Origin: Octopus vulgaris
Lineage: Eukaryota
Assembly: GCA_951406725.2 (NCBI GenBank)
Contig: OX597827.1
Location: forward strand, 46,376,001-46,440,000
Direction of reading: 5' to 3'
DNA length: 64,000 nucleotides
Part shown: positions 39,957-54,298 of the stretch, in pieces
Layout: each line of letters starts with the position of its first letter
How positions within the stretch are numbered: the first letter of the stretch is position 1
Program-made: the position numbers and the translations under genes
The notes under the pieces: generated by a model
Seen by the model: only the letters and a program-made list of their open reading frames with translations
What the model was told of the DNA's origin: nothing
Database searches by the model: none

Positions 39957-40164
39957 TAGTTTTATTTTTATAGCGTGCTTTCACTTCACTACTGAGCGCA
40001 GCTCTGTGTGCCTTGGGTATGTGCTGTGATTTGTTGTGATGCTCTGATGGTTACTGTATTGAAAGTGTTCTGCGTAGGATGTGTGCAGTGCCTAGTAGTG
40101 CAATTTTCTGTATGTTATATGTGTTTGTAAGTCCTGGTGTTTTTGTTATGTATTTGTCTGAATA

Positions 40165-40266
<102 letters not shown>

Positions 40267-40584
40267 TTTGTGATGGCATAAACGGTAGAGTACCAGGCTG
40301 ATGTCTGTTCGTGGTATCTAATTACACTTAGTTTAGATTTTGAGTTCAAAACTCCCGTAATGAGCGCGAGAACATATTTTTCGTTCCCTGTTTCTCTGTC
40401 ACGAGAAACTCATCTTTCGTTCTCCGCAAAGTTGTCTCTATATATATACATATATGTATGCATGTATGTATATGTGTGTGTATATATATACATATAAATA
40501 AATACACGCACACACACATGCATGCATGCTTACATACATATATATATACATATATATATATATATACATATATATATACATATA

Positions 40585-40660
<76 letters not shown>

Positions 40661-40862
40661 TATAAGTATGTATGTATGTATGTATGTATGTATGTATGTA
40701 TGTATGTATGTATGTATGTATGTGTGTATGTATGTATGTATGTATGTATGTATGTATGTATGTATGTATGTGTGTGTGTATGTATAAAGTAAACAGAAAA
40801 TGGAGAAATATTGATCAGCAACAGTTGACTTACATTAATTATTATTATTATTATTATTGTTA

Positions 40863-40921
<59 letters not shown>

Positions 40922-40931
40922 ATTATTATTA

Positions 40932-41487
40932 TTGAGTGAGAGAGCAGTGCATGCCATCAAAGTGACACTGGGGTAAAATATACGAAGCCCAATATACCCA
41001 TCATGACTACCCGTCTGATAAAGGTACACCAGGCACATGCATCACAACCATATGTGCGTGACATGGTGATCTATATCAAGATAAACAGCACATGACCTTG
41101 CAGGTGGGGCCCAGTTAGAATTTTCTTCAGGTTGAGTAGCCCATCCCGCTCAAAAGGTCCCTGAATAAGGATTGTTTAAGGATGTTGAAAGAACCACCCA
41201 TGTTTCCAGAGGTGAATTATTCAAACCCCAAAGAATCCCTCTCAACACATGGCTATGATGCTCCCCCACTACTTCTGCTCGTGATCAGAGATGCACATAT
41301 CGTCAGCCACTAAGGGACATGCTCAACTGGTTAAGGTCAAACAACTGACAAGCAAATCTGTGGTATTGAGCAGAATATTTGCTGTAGCCCGTCTTTTATA
41401 CCAAGACAAAACAATGTACATGATAACACTTCCAATCAGTTAAGATCAGAAGCCATGAGAGCCACTGCCTGGTACTGCATCAGGGCA

Positions 41488-41488
<1 letters not shown>
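40932..41488. mobile_element. Non-coding retroelement of about 555 bp associated with (TAA)n; copies at 15790-16222, 37648-38118, 45295-45580, 56645-56947
   Basis: Near-identical dispersed copies, each in or next to (AAT)n/(ATT)n; fixed end ...CTCTCTCACTC(AAT)n. Confidence 0.8.
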
Positions 41489-41546
<58 letters not shown>

Positions 41547-42325
41547 TATTATTATTATTATTTGTAAGTCAGTTATTGTTGATCAATATCTCTTCATTTT
41601 CTGTTTACTTTAAATTTAATTCCTGATAAACTCATGTTTATCCTTGTCATTGCCTGTAATCTATGAGCATAATATGCTTGCGTATGTATGTCCAGGGTTA
41701 ACATAGGTAATTATACCGGTAGTATAAAGGATACTGTTATCCCTCAGACGGTTATTCCAACCTCTAACTCTACTAACCTATATATATAGCACTGACCTCT
41801 TCCCAGCCCCTACACCATCATCCACACACCTACACATGCACATTATATATATATAATGCAAAGAAGAAAATGGAGAAGATAATCAATCAACAAACATCAG
41901 CCCGCAAACATTCATTTGAATCTATTAATTAATTAATTACAAGCACATGTATAAGTAAGTAAATAAACAAGTAAATAAAAAATAAATTAATTAATTAAAA
42001 TAAATGAGGGAACAATATCATAGTCTTACAGCTGTTTCTACTTTTGGGGGGTCCAAGTTGGATATAAATACATAGGTATACATCCAGTAGTATACTGGAT
42101 ATTTATTATCCCTTAGTTGGTTGTTTAACCTCTAACTCATACAGACATGTATATGTTTGCGTGCGTGTGCGCGCGCGCGTGTGTGTGTGTGTGTGTGTGT
42201 GTGGCTCTTTAAGCCGGTACATTGCTGTTTGCGTTTGGTTTAAGCACAACTGCTATCTGTTATTGAAGTTATTATTGTAACAATAAATTTTACAATCGAA
42301 ATATAGTTTACAAAATTATACTTAC

Positions 42326-42420
42326 GTTAGAATTTTCTGACACACATTCGGTCCATTCATGTCCAGTTCGCCATGGGCCAGAACCAGGATATTTAATAAT
42401 AGAAACCACAACGTAGCCAT
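42326..42420 (-). CDS. MEGF10: Draper/MEGF10-like, coding exon 1 (start codon, signal peptide, EMI start); exon extends to acceptor at 42441
   Basis: tttgcag|AAG...TCA ATG GCT: MATLWFLLLNILVLAHGELDMNGPNVCQKIL, ends AC|gtaagt; hydrophobic signal peptide plus the GPNVC EMI signature. Confidence 0.9.
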
Positions 42421-43892
42421 TGAGCGGGAAGTGATTGTCTTCTGCAAAGGAAAACATATAATATATAAGACAAAAATTTGAATTATGGAAATATATAGCA
42501 AAATAGTAGTGGGTGGGGGCTAATATTAAGTGTTTTAGCTTTTGTAATTGAATCATTGGAAATCGTTTTCGAACCTAATATGAATCACGAATAGGGATTA
42601 TGTGACTAAAATTTCTATCATGAGAATTATATCATTAAAACTAAATCAGTGAATAGATAAGCCATCGTTGGTGAAGGAGAGTGATATCTCTAAAACTAGA
42701 TTGTAGATCGGTATTTCATCTCAGAAACTGAATCATGAGAAGAAGGTAGTTTGAATCATGGGAATATTATCTATAATTACAACTGAATCACAGAAAGGCG
42801 ACTTTTCAGTAAAATTGAATCATAGTTAAACACCTCTGCCGCTATATACTGATTTCTAACACGGTTACAAAATCTCAAGTACGTGGTGGGGCAGAGGGTA
42901 GGAAGTGTAGTAAAATCTATTGATCTCCGTATTTGTTTGGGTCTTTATTTTATCGATCCAGGAAGGATGAAAGCGCGAAGTCTGTTATATTAAGAATGTA
43001 AAAGTAAAAACAAAATGATAAATCATATCCGGCGCTCTGTTGTTTCTACCCCACCATCCCCACTACCTCATCCACTGCCACCACCATCTTACGTCTTACA
43101 TTATAATAGATAAGCCGACTAGAAGGCCTCTACGTGGTCGCTAGATCTGCTAATTATAACAACCAATTATCCATCGAATCACATTATACTGTCTTTACAA
43201 AAAAAAAAAAAACAAACACGCGCACACACAGTGTGACGTAGGTAAACAATGCCTGAAAAAAAACACGACTGGAATGGCAATAGGTGAAATGCATTTGATC
43301 ATAAACCTGGTCAAACATAGCTAACCTGGGGCCATAATACAACACCAGTATAACAGAAAGTCGAAATATATTGTTCTTTTCTACTCTAGGCACAAGGCCC
43401 GAAATTAATTGGGGAGTGGGGCCAATCGATTACGTCGACCCCAGTATGCAAATGGTACTTAATTTATCGACTCCAAAGGATGAACGGCAAAGTCGACCTC
43501 GGCGGAATTTGAACTCAGAACGTAAAGACAAACGAAATAGCGCTAAGCATTTCGCTTCTGCCAGCTAGCCGCCTTAATTGTGATAATTCGATCGTCGAGC
43601 TTACGATCGTGAGGTTGTGAGTTCGATTCCCGGACCGGGCTACGTGTTGTATTCTTGAGCATATTTCACATTGCTCCAGTTAACTCAGCTGTAGAAATGA
43701 GTTGCGACATCACTGGTGCCAAGCTGTATCGGCCTTTGCCTTTCCCTTGGATAACATCAGTGGTGTGGAGAGGGGAGGCCGATATGCATGGGCGACTGCT
43801 GGTCTTCCATAAGCAATCTTGCCCGGACTTGTGCCTCGGAGGGTAACTTTCTAGGTGCAGTCCCATGGTCATTCTCTTCCTTTATATATCAC

Positions 43893-43976
<84 letters not shown>

Positions 43977-44244
43977 GAATTCCACCGTTTACTCAGTTTC
44001 GCCCCGGGTTGAGCTGTTCACGACTGCTGGGTAGGAAAAATTGTTTCCAGTTTAATATAAAGGTATGTCGACCTTGAAAAGGTGTGAGCCGTGTGTGAGT
44101 GGAGTGGTAAGTTTCTTTGAAAACCAATGTAAAGAAATGGTATGTGTAAATATGAACGGCATATGACAATCCTTAATTCTATTCATATTTGCAATCAATA
44201 GATTAAATTGAAACTATTAGAGATGACCTTTGTACTGACTAGAG

Positions 44245-44789
44245 TAGTGATTCCCAACGTAGGGCATACACCCCACCGGTGGGGCTGGGAAAATTGTGGT
44301 GGAGCGTGGCACCATAGACGTCAAGCACAAGGTTCTCCTCAAAGTGATTCATTTCTTTTCTTAGTCAATAATGTACTTTCATTTTTGTACTCAGTACTTA
44401 ATAAAGGAGTTACCAGTAGATTCTTTTGTATTAAATAATTGTGATAAAATATTATTTTCTGCTCCATGCACAAGGCCCGAAATTGGGGGGGGGGGGTGCC
44501 AGTCGATTAGATCGACACTAGTACGCAAATGGTGCTTCATTTATCGATCCTGAAAGGATGAAAGGCAAAGTCTACCTCGGCGGAATTTGAACTCAGAACG
44601 TAAAGACACATGGAATAGCGCTAAGCATTTCGCCCGGCGTGCTAAAGTTTCTACCAGCTGGCCGCCTTAATTGTGATAAAATATTGAAAATAAGGTAATT
44701 GTATTTTTCCAACCGCTGGTTGGGCATACATACTTCTGGAAAGTTATATTGGGATCTGGGGAGTGGGGGGAATAGGTTGGGGAACATTG
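44245..44789. mobile_element. hAT (Charlie-like) non-autonomous element with nested SINE
   Basis: Imperfect TIRs TAGTGATTCCCAAC / GTTGGGGAACATTG; 8-bp TSD GACTAGAG / AACTAGAG. Confidence 0.6.
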
Positions 44790-45592
44790 AACTAGAGCAA
44801 CAAGTCTTAAATGATATTGTTAGACGGAGGTTGAAATTTGTGGGCGAGTAATTGTTTTAGTTCGCAGGTCAAATTTTTGCTACGCTAAGGTCAGGTATTG
44901 TTGTGAATTGGAGATGTAAGGTCAAATATTTGTATAGATAGAAGTGCGTATAAACACATCCAAAGAATATATAAGAGAGAGAGAGAGAAAAAGAGAAAGA
45001 AAAAAAAACAGAGAGTAAAGGTAGTGAGAATAGTGATGGATGTTGAACCAGTTAGGATAATAACGACAGAAGAGATAACGATGGCGGTGGGAGTAGTGGG
45101 AGAAGGGAGGACATAGAGAGAAAGAGTATTGTGATGTAAGCTGAATCAGTGAGGGAGGGCAACAGTAACACTGGAGGTAGTGAGAGGCTGTGAGGATAGT
45201 GAGAGATGTGGGAACATGACGGGGGGAGTGAAAGCAGTGAGGGTAGTGGTGGTAGTTGTGTCAGTGATGGCAATGGTGACAGTGGGAGGTAAAAGTTTCC
45301 AGAGGTGAATTATTCAAGCCCCAAAGAATACCCCTCAACACATGGCTATAATGCTCCCCCACTACTTCTGCTCGTGATCAATGATGCACATATCGTCAGC
45401 TACTAAGGGACTTGCTCAACTGGTTAAGGTCAAACAACTGACAAGCAAATCTGTGGTATTGAGCAGAATATTTGCTGTAGCCCATCTTTTATACCAAGAC
45501 AAAACAATGTACATGATAACACTTCCAATCAGTTAAGATCAGAAGCCATGAGAGCCACTGCCTGGTACTGCATCAGGGCATTTATTATTATT

Positions 45593-46013
45593 GGCGCAGG
45601 AGTGGCTGTGTGGTAAGTAGCTTGCTAACCAGCCACATGGTTCCGGGTTCAGTCCCACTGCGTGGCATCTTGGGCACGTGTCTTCTGCTATAGCCCCGGG
45701 CTGACCAATGCCTTGTGAGTGGATTTGGTAGACGGAAACTGAAAGAAGCCTGTCGTATATATGTATGTATATATATATAAATATATGTATGTGTGTGTGT
45801 ATGTGTTTGTGTGTCTGTGTTTGTCCCCCTAGCATTGCTTGACAACCGATGCTGGTGTGTTTACGTCCCCGTCACTTAGCGGTTCGGCAAAAGAGACCGA
45901 TAGAATAAGTACTGGGCTTACAAAGAATAAGTCCCGGGGTCGATTTGCTCGACTAAAGGCGGTGCTCCAGCATGGCCGCAGTCAAATGACCGAAACAAGT
46001 AAAAGAGTAAAAG

Positions 46014-46016
<3 letters not shown>
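45593..46016 (+). mobile_element. SINE family A (full length)
   Basis: GGCGCAGGAGTGGCTGTGTGG...GTAAAAGAGTAAAAGAGT. Confidence 0.9.
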
Positions 46017-46076
<60 letters not shown>

Positions 46077-47007
46077 GACGTCGCACAATATACAATATCA
46101 TGAGGTTATTGACTGAAGATATTGTCAAGTCACAACAAGGACCTCAGGCAGTACTTTACGCAGTATGCGTGCAGTTCCAAGTAATTCCGATTGTAGAGTA
46201 TTTCTAAAGTTTTCAGATGTTTTTTTTCAGATTGGTTGGTATTGAATCGAATGTTTCGATGACAATATGGATAACCTTTATGTTTGATCCTCGTATCTGC
46301 CACATCTTAGCGATCTCCATATTTATCATATATTCTCAGATCTCCATATTTATCAACCTTTTCTCTTTCTTTCATATGTTGATCTCCTGGAACTGCCACG
46401 TCAATTATTAGGTACTCTTGTTGTTGTTGTTGTTGATTTACTTCTCAGAACGCTCGATCTTGTTTGTTCTGTTAGATTCTGTGAGAGCGAACAGCAGCCT
46501 GCTGTCAGAGACCCTGCTCGCAGGGTCTCTTTCCGCCGCACATTATAAGCTCTGATACTAGGTTGTTAATTAATGTGGGAGACATTCAACAACCAAGCAC
46601 CAATCTCAAAATCCCAGCTGACTCCAGCTGAGCAATTTTCGAGGCTCACTCTGCTCTCATGTACTTCCCAATTTCTCTGACATATTTCTCGAACTTGGTT
46701 CTTAGTGCTCCGAGTGCCCCTCAACAACTACAAGAATGACAGACACTCTCCTCATAGTCCACATTCTTGCAGTTTCATCTTTTAGTAATCTGTATTTCAC
46801 AATCTTTTCTAGTTCTTTGTCCCTTACACGTGCATCACCTTGTATTACAATATCTATAATCTTTGTTTCCCTTATTCCCATATCTACGACAACAATATCT
46901 GGTCTCCGAGCATCGATTAGGGAGTCACATAGGATTGTAAAATCCCTCAGTATCTTATATTTCTTGCCCTCAGTGACTCCTTCTGTTTCATGTTCGTACC
47001 ATTGTTG

Positions 47008-47047
<40 letters not shown>

Positions 47048-48042
47048 CATTATTATTATTATTATTATTATTATCAACCCCAAAAGGATGAAAGGCAAAA
47101 TCTATATCATGGTTGCATAACGAAATATAACGTCCCTACCGCAAATTAGTCAGGATACAGAGTAACCAGAACGAATACTGCAAAACAATCTGTCCGACTC
47201 TCTAACGAATCTGCCAATTAGCTTCTATTTAATTGCTTCATATACTTGTCTGAATTCAATAAAATATGTTTGCTCTGTCATTTGACAAAATTTACAATGC
47301 GTTAAATAAAAGGGAAACCAACGATGCAGGGTGGGGGAGGGGAATTAGGAGAGCGGTGGTAGCAATAGTTTGTTTGTTGTATTTGACCATGAACGAATAC
47401 TCATAAATCTTTCGAGCTTCTCACGATTGGTCTGTTAAATATAGGGTGTTAGATATAAGTCAACTGTTGAAATACAAAGTTGTTCTGTTTTTTTTTTTTT
47501 TAATTTATTTCATTTTCTTGGACATATTATAAGTTGATGATATTTGACACCACTGACCATTTCGTAGTTTATCAAGTCGTTCGGTCATTAACTCTGCGTT
47601 GGTAGAGTGGAACGCATGAGGGGATTTTAATCAACGTATCGACTTACAACGCTCTTGCGCACATACGTAAAACTTGTCAAATGCACACACTCACACACAC
47701 ACACACACACGTTTATATATATGCGACAAGTTTTCGAACTGTTTGCGGCAGAAGTGCATACATAAATAATGTGCATGTGCGTGTGTGTGCGTGTCTTTAT
47801 ATTTGTGTTATCCCCCACCACGGCTTGACAACCGGTGTTGGTTTGCATACTTACCCGTCACTTAGCGGTTCGGCAAAAAGTGGCCGATAGAATAAGTACT
47901 AGGGAAAAATTTGTTCGACCGAACCCCTCGTATTGGCACCCCAGCATAGCCACAGTCTAATGACAAATAAAAGATAAATGAATATATATATACATATATA
48001 TAATATATCATATATTATATATATATATATTATATATATTTA

Positions 48043-48099
<57 letters not shown>

Positions 48100-50877
48100 A
48101 GCGCAGTCGTTAATCCAGGTACGTTTCTTTTCTCTCGAATTTTTCCTCTCTCTGTTTTCCCTCTTCGTTCCTTCCTGTAGAAGAGCGTCGGCAACATGAG
48201 TGTCATCAGTTTGTGAGGACCCGTAAATGTCCGGAGTATAACCGTGCCACATGTTTAAATCTCAAAAGCGCACGGGCTCGCGTGCATACGCACACACACA
48301 CACACACTTTGGCTTGTTTTGGGCCCTCAACTCCAGGTGGAGCCATCGGAGCACGCTGTCCTGACTTAGTGCATGCTTTGAGCATCTAAGCTTGGAAGGA
48401 CACATTTTTCTTCAGGTTAAATTACAGTTGATTTCTTCTTCCGGAAAGAAGGATAAAGTAAAAGAGAGAGGAAAAATAATTGCTCCTGGAATGGTTCTTT
48501 ATTTATCGATCCCTAAATGATATTTAAAAAAAAAAGAACAAAAGCTAACAGTGGTGGGATTTGAACTCGGATTAGAATGAAGGCCGCAAAATATACTACT
48601 CAATACTGCAACGATTTTCGCAAATCGCCGTCTCGCTTCCAGAAATGCATGCATGTCTAACGTTAGGCAATTTACATCGAAACAGAATGTGCACAATTGA
48701 AAATATCAAAATGATCGAAAATATTCTATACAGAAGATTTGAAACAGATATTTATTCAATATTTTTTCATACATATGGCTCAGTGGTTATTGTGTCGAAT
48801 TATTGTGGGAGACAGGATGTGAGTTCGTGTCTTGTTTACAAACAGGACCTTCGTTTTATTTTTAATTTTATTTTATCTGTAAGCTTCTTTTATAAAACTA
48901 ATTAATAACATTGGTACAAAGTAACAAATTTTGTCAGAAAGATACAGTCGATTAAATCAACACCAATATATTACTGGTCCTTTATTTCATCGATCTTTGA
49001 AGGAGTAAAAGTCAAGGCTTACCACGACGGTATTTGAACACAGAACATGAAAGACCATATGTAATAAACACATCAGTCAACCTTCTTTTAGTTATTTGTA
49101 TAATACTGAGTCCTTTTCATGCTCTTAACAACACCAACAGATTAATAAATAAATAAGTAAATAATCCCGTTGCGATATTGATTACGTGATTGTATTCTAG
49201 TGTCCTCATCAAGGTAAGTATGTCTGATTTTGTGTTCGGATGCATTTATGTCTGCGCATGCGCACACGTGTGTGTATACCTGTGTTTATCTGTATTTGTG
49301 AATGTATTTTTATTAACGTCTGTTTTAGCATGTATTCGTTTGCGAGTGTGTTTGTGTATGTGCATGTGGACTTCTATCTATGTATATATTTGCGTATGCA
49401 ATAGTGTGTTTGTGTGTGTTTGATGTGTATCGAAGGGCAGAAGAAATAAACCGAGGTATATTTCACTCCGTTGTTCTCTTATAGAAGTTATGGAAAACGA
49501 CACAGCATCTAATTTCTCTTCCCTGTCTTTAGAAATTATATAAAAATCGAAATTTTCTTTTGAGTCCGGTAAAAAAGCTTCCCCCTCCGCACGTCCCAGC
49601 TTGGGGCTCTCGTGACCAACGTGGCCGCTATTTGCACATAATTTTACGTGTGAATTTATATTTTCTTTTCAATTAATTTTTTTCTTTATACCACTACCAC
49701 AAAAAAATATATAAAAAAATAAAAAGATTCTTGTGGTCTCGTCTGATCTCACTGAAATACGAGGTAAATGTCCCCCAAATTATGCCCTAACATTTTATAA
49801 AAAGAAACGACACATCGCAAAATATATTCTTTATAAAATATGCAATGTCCAGAGAAAAGAAAAAAATTGGGCTGGAACGTTTTTGGTCAAAGATCTGCTT
49901 CATTATCACTACATTGGTGGAGGTTTAACAATAACGTGAACTATGGAGAAGTTTCTGCAACGACGCTTAGCCTGAAAAAAACAATAGCCAAATCAGTGAC
50001 AAGACCCAGCGTCACGTTTTAAATCTCCTCTTCGATGGAATGACAGGCTGTTACTGACAACATTCCCAAGAGATCTTGCACCATATTCCCTCCTGGAAGT
50101 TATGTCAACGGAGGCAATGCAAAATGATAATAAAAGAGTCATGCTATCAGGAAACAACAAAACTCCGGTCGTGGGTTTGAACGCACAATCCATAAGCAGA
50201 CAGTTTAGTATTTTATCTATACGGCCATTTTGATACTATGTAAACCCCAAATCCATCACGTAAAAACTCCGGTTCAGTTTTTTTTTTTTTAATTTAGACT
50301 GAAATCAAATGCTGTATTCAGTGATTTAATGTGCGCATGAATGAATGCCTTCGACATCCGTAAAACTGTGCACTCACTTACAGAACAGATAAAATTCAAT
50401 AAACAAATGGTCTCTCACTCTACATAAAATAACAACTATATATCATTCAAACTGTACCCTACCATCTTGAAAATAAAAAAAAACAGGAAGGACACACTGA
50501 GTAATCTAGTCCTTAGATATCCTGCATCTGAAAATAAGACGGGATGGTCACTATTGAAACACCTTTGACCTTGACCATGGGTCTGTTTAATAGGGGCTGC
50601 TCTGGAGAGTTTAAAACAAAAGACAGCTAAGTTATTATTCTATGGAAGTGTGTTACGAGAGCAAAACTGACTAAAAGCTTTCTATGTTTCAACATCAACA
50701 TCGATCTCGCCTGAAAGGGTCATGTGACCAAGATATACAACTGTTGGCAATTACAAAATTGATGCACACTCAACATACACACACATATATATATACATAT
50801 ATGGCTACATTATTTTTGTAAGAGCAACACTTGCACATGAACAATAATAAAGTCTCTGTACTTCAAGAAGTAGAGCG

Positions 50878-50940
<63 letters not shown>

Positions 50941-51108
50941 GTGTGTAAGTATGTTAGTTATATGTATGTGTTGACAAATATATACATTAGCATATTTATA
51001 TACAAATGCGTACAAGCAAAGTATGTATGTAGCAAGTAAGTGAAATCCATTATAAAATCCAGATGGTCGATGACGAAGAATCGAGTAAGAAACACCTCAG
51101 TCAGTAAT

Positions 51109-51139
<31 letters not shown>

Positions 51140-51163
51140 TACTTTTGCATTATTTTACACTGG

Positions 51164-51493
51164 TTAATTTTCTTCCACGGTGACGGTAGGTATAGGTGAC
51201 GATTGGTCTTGGTCGAGGTCCAAGTCGACAGTTGAATCCGCTTTCGACCCGAACTTTAAACTTTCCATGGTCGGCGGTGGTGGTGATGGTGCCGTCAACA
51301 TCATCGGTGAGGAATAACTCAACATGGCACTCGCTCGTCGATGTTTCTCGGTTTCGGGAACAGACTTACGACTCGCAGGAGGCGTGATGACGTTACGCCC
51401 GAAACTCGGCGTCTCCATATTATCCGCGTTGGCATCATCCAACGATTGCCTCGCATCGAATTCCTTAAAGGTTTCCTCGTTTAAGTTAGCCAT
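51164..51493 (-). CDS. Orphan 109-aa acidic, Ser/Pro-rich, probably disordered protein (uncharacterised)
   Basis: Non-repetitive, GC/CpG-elevated ORF in an AT-rich context; in-frame TAA two codons upstream of the ATG; RRAS motif. Confidence 0.55.
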   Translation of the reverse strand: MANLNEETFKEFDARQSLDDANADNMETPSFGRNVITPPASRKSVPETEKHRRASAMLSYSSPMMLTAPSPPPPTMESLKFGSKADSTVDLDLDQDQSSPIPTVTVEEN

Positions 51494-52333
51494 TAATTAA
51501 TTAATACATCAAATATATTTGCATATAACCAAAGTGCAATACAGATTTCATACACATGTATGTTTGTGTGTATATATATATATGTATATATATATGTATA
51601 TATATATAAATTTATAACCGATATTGTTAAATATTTTTTGTATTATGTTTTAGTATGGGGCAGTGAGGGTTTAGTTGACTCAGCTATCCCCTGAACATTA
51701 AAAGCAATTAATTTATCGTGTGTGCACAAGGACGAAGTGTGGTGATTTCGCTGTCTACCTGAACTTCAAAGTAAAAATCTGAAGGACATCGTCAGAGCTT
51801 CTCTGCAGTATTATATTCCGATGATGAAGGAACCCGTTTCTATTGACTCGCCTTGGTTTTCGTTGTCTTTTTCTCTTTCTTTACAGCAAATATATATATA
51901 TATATAATATAATCAAATTATATTGATCGATACAATCAGAAATATTATGCAATCAATAAAATGACGAATTTTTGTGATCTGATCTTCATAAAGTAAAAAA
52001 TTTTCTCCATCCACTATTGCGTATGTTTGTTCGGATTTAATATGAGAAGATCGTTTACACAAGTGGTGGTGATGGCTGTTGGTGTTGGTGTTGGTGGTGG
52101 TGGTGGTGGTGGTGATGATGATGATGATAATGGTGGTGATGGTGGTAGCGGATGTGCCGAGGGCGGCAGCAGTGGTCGTCGTCGTCGTCGTGGCGATGGA
52201 TTGGTTTGAATTTTGTGTATTTGAATGTGTGTGCACGCATGCGAAAATGTCCCGCAGCGAATGATGCACGCACACGCACACATACCCGCATGCACACACA
52301 CACACACACAAAAACACACACAACACAACACAA

Positions 52334-52364
<31 letters not shown>

Positions 52365-52828
52365 TGAGCATCTATATATATATGCGTGTGTGTCTGTGTG
52401 TGTGTGTATGTATGTATGTATGAATGAGTATAATTGATTGAGATATAAAAACTGACATAAATAACTCAGAATAATATAGTCTTTTATCTTTTACTTGTTT
52501 CGATCATTGAACTGCGGCCGCGCTGGGGCAACGCAATGCCTCGAGCGACTATACTCAAACAAACCGGCCAAGTACTTTCTTTCTAAGTCAGGTTCATATT
52601 ATATCAGTCTCTAACGCCGAGCCATTAAATTACGGGAGCATAAACAAACCACCACCGGTTGACAAGCGGTGGTGGAGAACAAACGAACGAACAAACAAAC
52701 AAACAAAAATATGAAAGGTATCAACTCGAAGGAATGCAAGTTCGAATTATATATAAGACAGAAACAGATCATGGGACAAAAATTTCTGGTAGAATCGATA
52801 GATTATTTAACAATAATAGCTCCTTAGT

Positions 52829-52904
<76 letters not shown>

Positions 52905-53243
52905 GAGATAGATAGAAATGAAGAAATACAAAGAAACTTCTTAAAATTAAATTTGATTGAATAGCTTCAAATTTGTAATTGAATTTTCTTTGGTTTTGTT
53001 AAAAAAAAATAATATTAATTAAAACATTTTTCCTATATATTTTCTGTTGTCTTCTTTTCTTTTTATTATTTAAAAAAATTTTTTTCTACACTGTTTCTTA
53101 CAGACGATATATCTTTAAAACATTTTCAAGATACCGTTTTTGGAAAACGAGGAAGAGAAAAGCAACTGAAAGTAAAGGAATGCTATTAAAAAAAAGAGAT
53201 ACGAACATATACGGAGAGACAGACAGATAGAGAGATAGATAGG

Positions 53244-53375
<132 letters not shown>

Positions 53376-53530
53376 TGTTTCTTTATTAGCCACACAGGGC
53401 TGAACACAGAGGGGACAAATTACAAAGTAGAGCTTTTCTTTTGGAGGAGAAAATAGGGAGAGAGAGAGAGAGAGAATTATATAAAAAGTTAGACAGGAAA
53501 ATAGACAGACAGACTGACAGACAGATAATT

Positions 53531-53622
<92 letters not shown>

Positions 53623-54298
53623 TCCCTCTTGTCGCAATAAAAATGGCCGACAAGTACGTTAAGTTGCCTTTCTATTTGTTTGTACATTTGCTTTGTGAGT
53701 TAATCTTCCTAATACATGTCCACGATAATCTGTTGATTTATCCGTGAGACTGATAATCTGAAAATGGCTCATCTGAGAGGAAGAGAAAAAAAAGAACGAA
53801 AAAGAAGAAAGAAAGAAGGAAGGCAAAGAAGAAAGAAAGGGTGGATGGTAAAAAAAATACCAAATGAGAACGAGAGGCGCTGTCGAGATATGATTGAGAA
53901 AGAATGAAATCCTCTAATCGTACTTTGCTAGTGTTAGTAAACAGCTTAATGATGGTTTAGTCTATGTATCATTAATATATATTTATCTATTTACTTGTAC
54001 GTTACGCATTTGTTGGAAAATCGCAGTATATAGATATACAACTTAATTTCACAACCTTCACACATTCCAAAAAATAAATAAATAAATAACAACGATAATA
54101 ATATTAGTTATAAATAACTAATATATTATATAACGTAATAATTTCTCCATCGTCTTGACTTAACAACCCTCATCGTTTGTTTTTACTGTGTTATTCTTTT
54201 TGTTCTGTCTTTTACTGTTCTTGTTACCCCTTTTACCCCTCCGCAAAATATCCCAAATTTCATTGAATTTGCTTTGTGGGATGGACTGTTTCAACGAA

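Noticed and set aside
41425-41488. Faint resemblance of the element end to U2 snRNA segments
   Set aside because: Only short patchy matches with wrong spacing; an Rfam search would be needed to support it.
45593-45670. tRNA-like sequences with A/B boxes
   Set aside because: These are SINE heads that continue into SINE bodies; no complete cloverleaf.
49201-49219. Possible 13-nt plus-strand micro-exon (TAG|...AAG|GTAAGT)
   Set aside because: No other plus-strand exons found and the length is not frame-preserving; such matches are expected by chance in 64 kb.
49993-50193. 66-aa minus-strand ORF in unique sequence
   Set aside because: Short, with no motif or splice support; could be UTR or chance.
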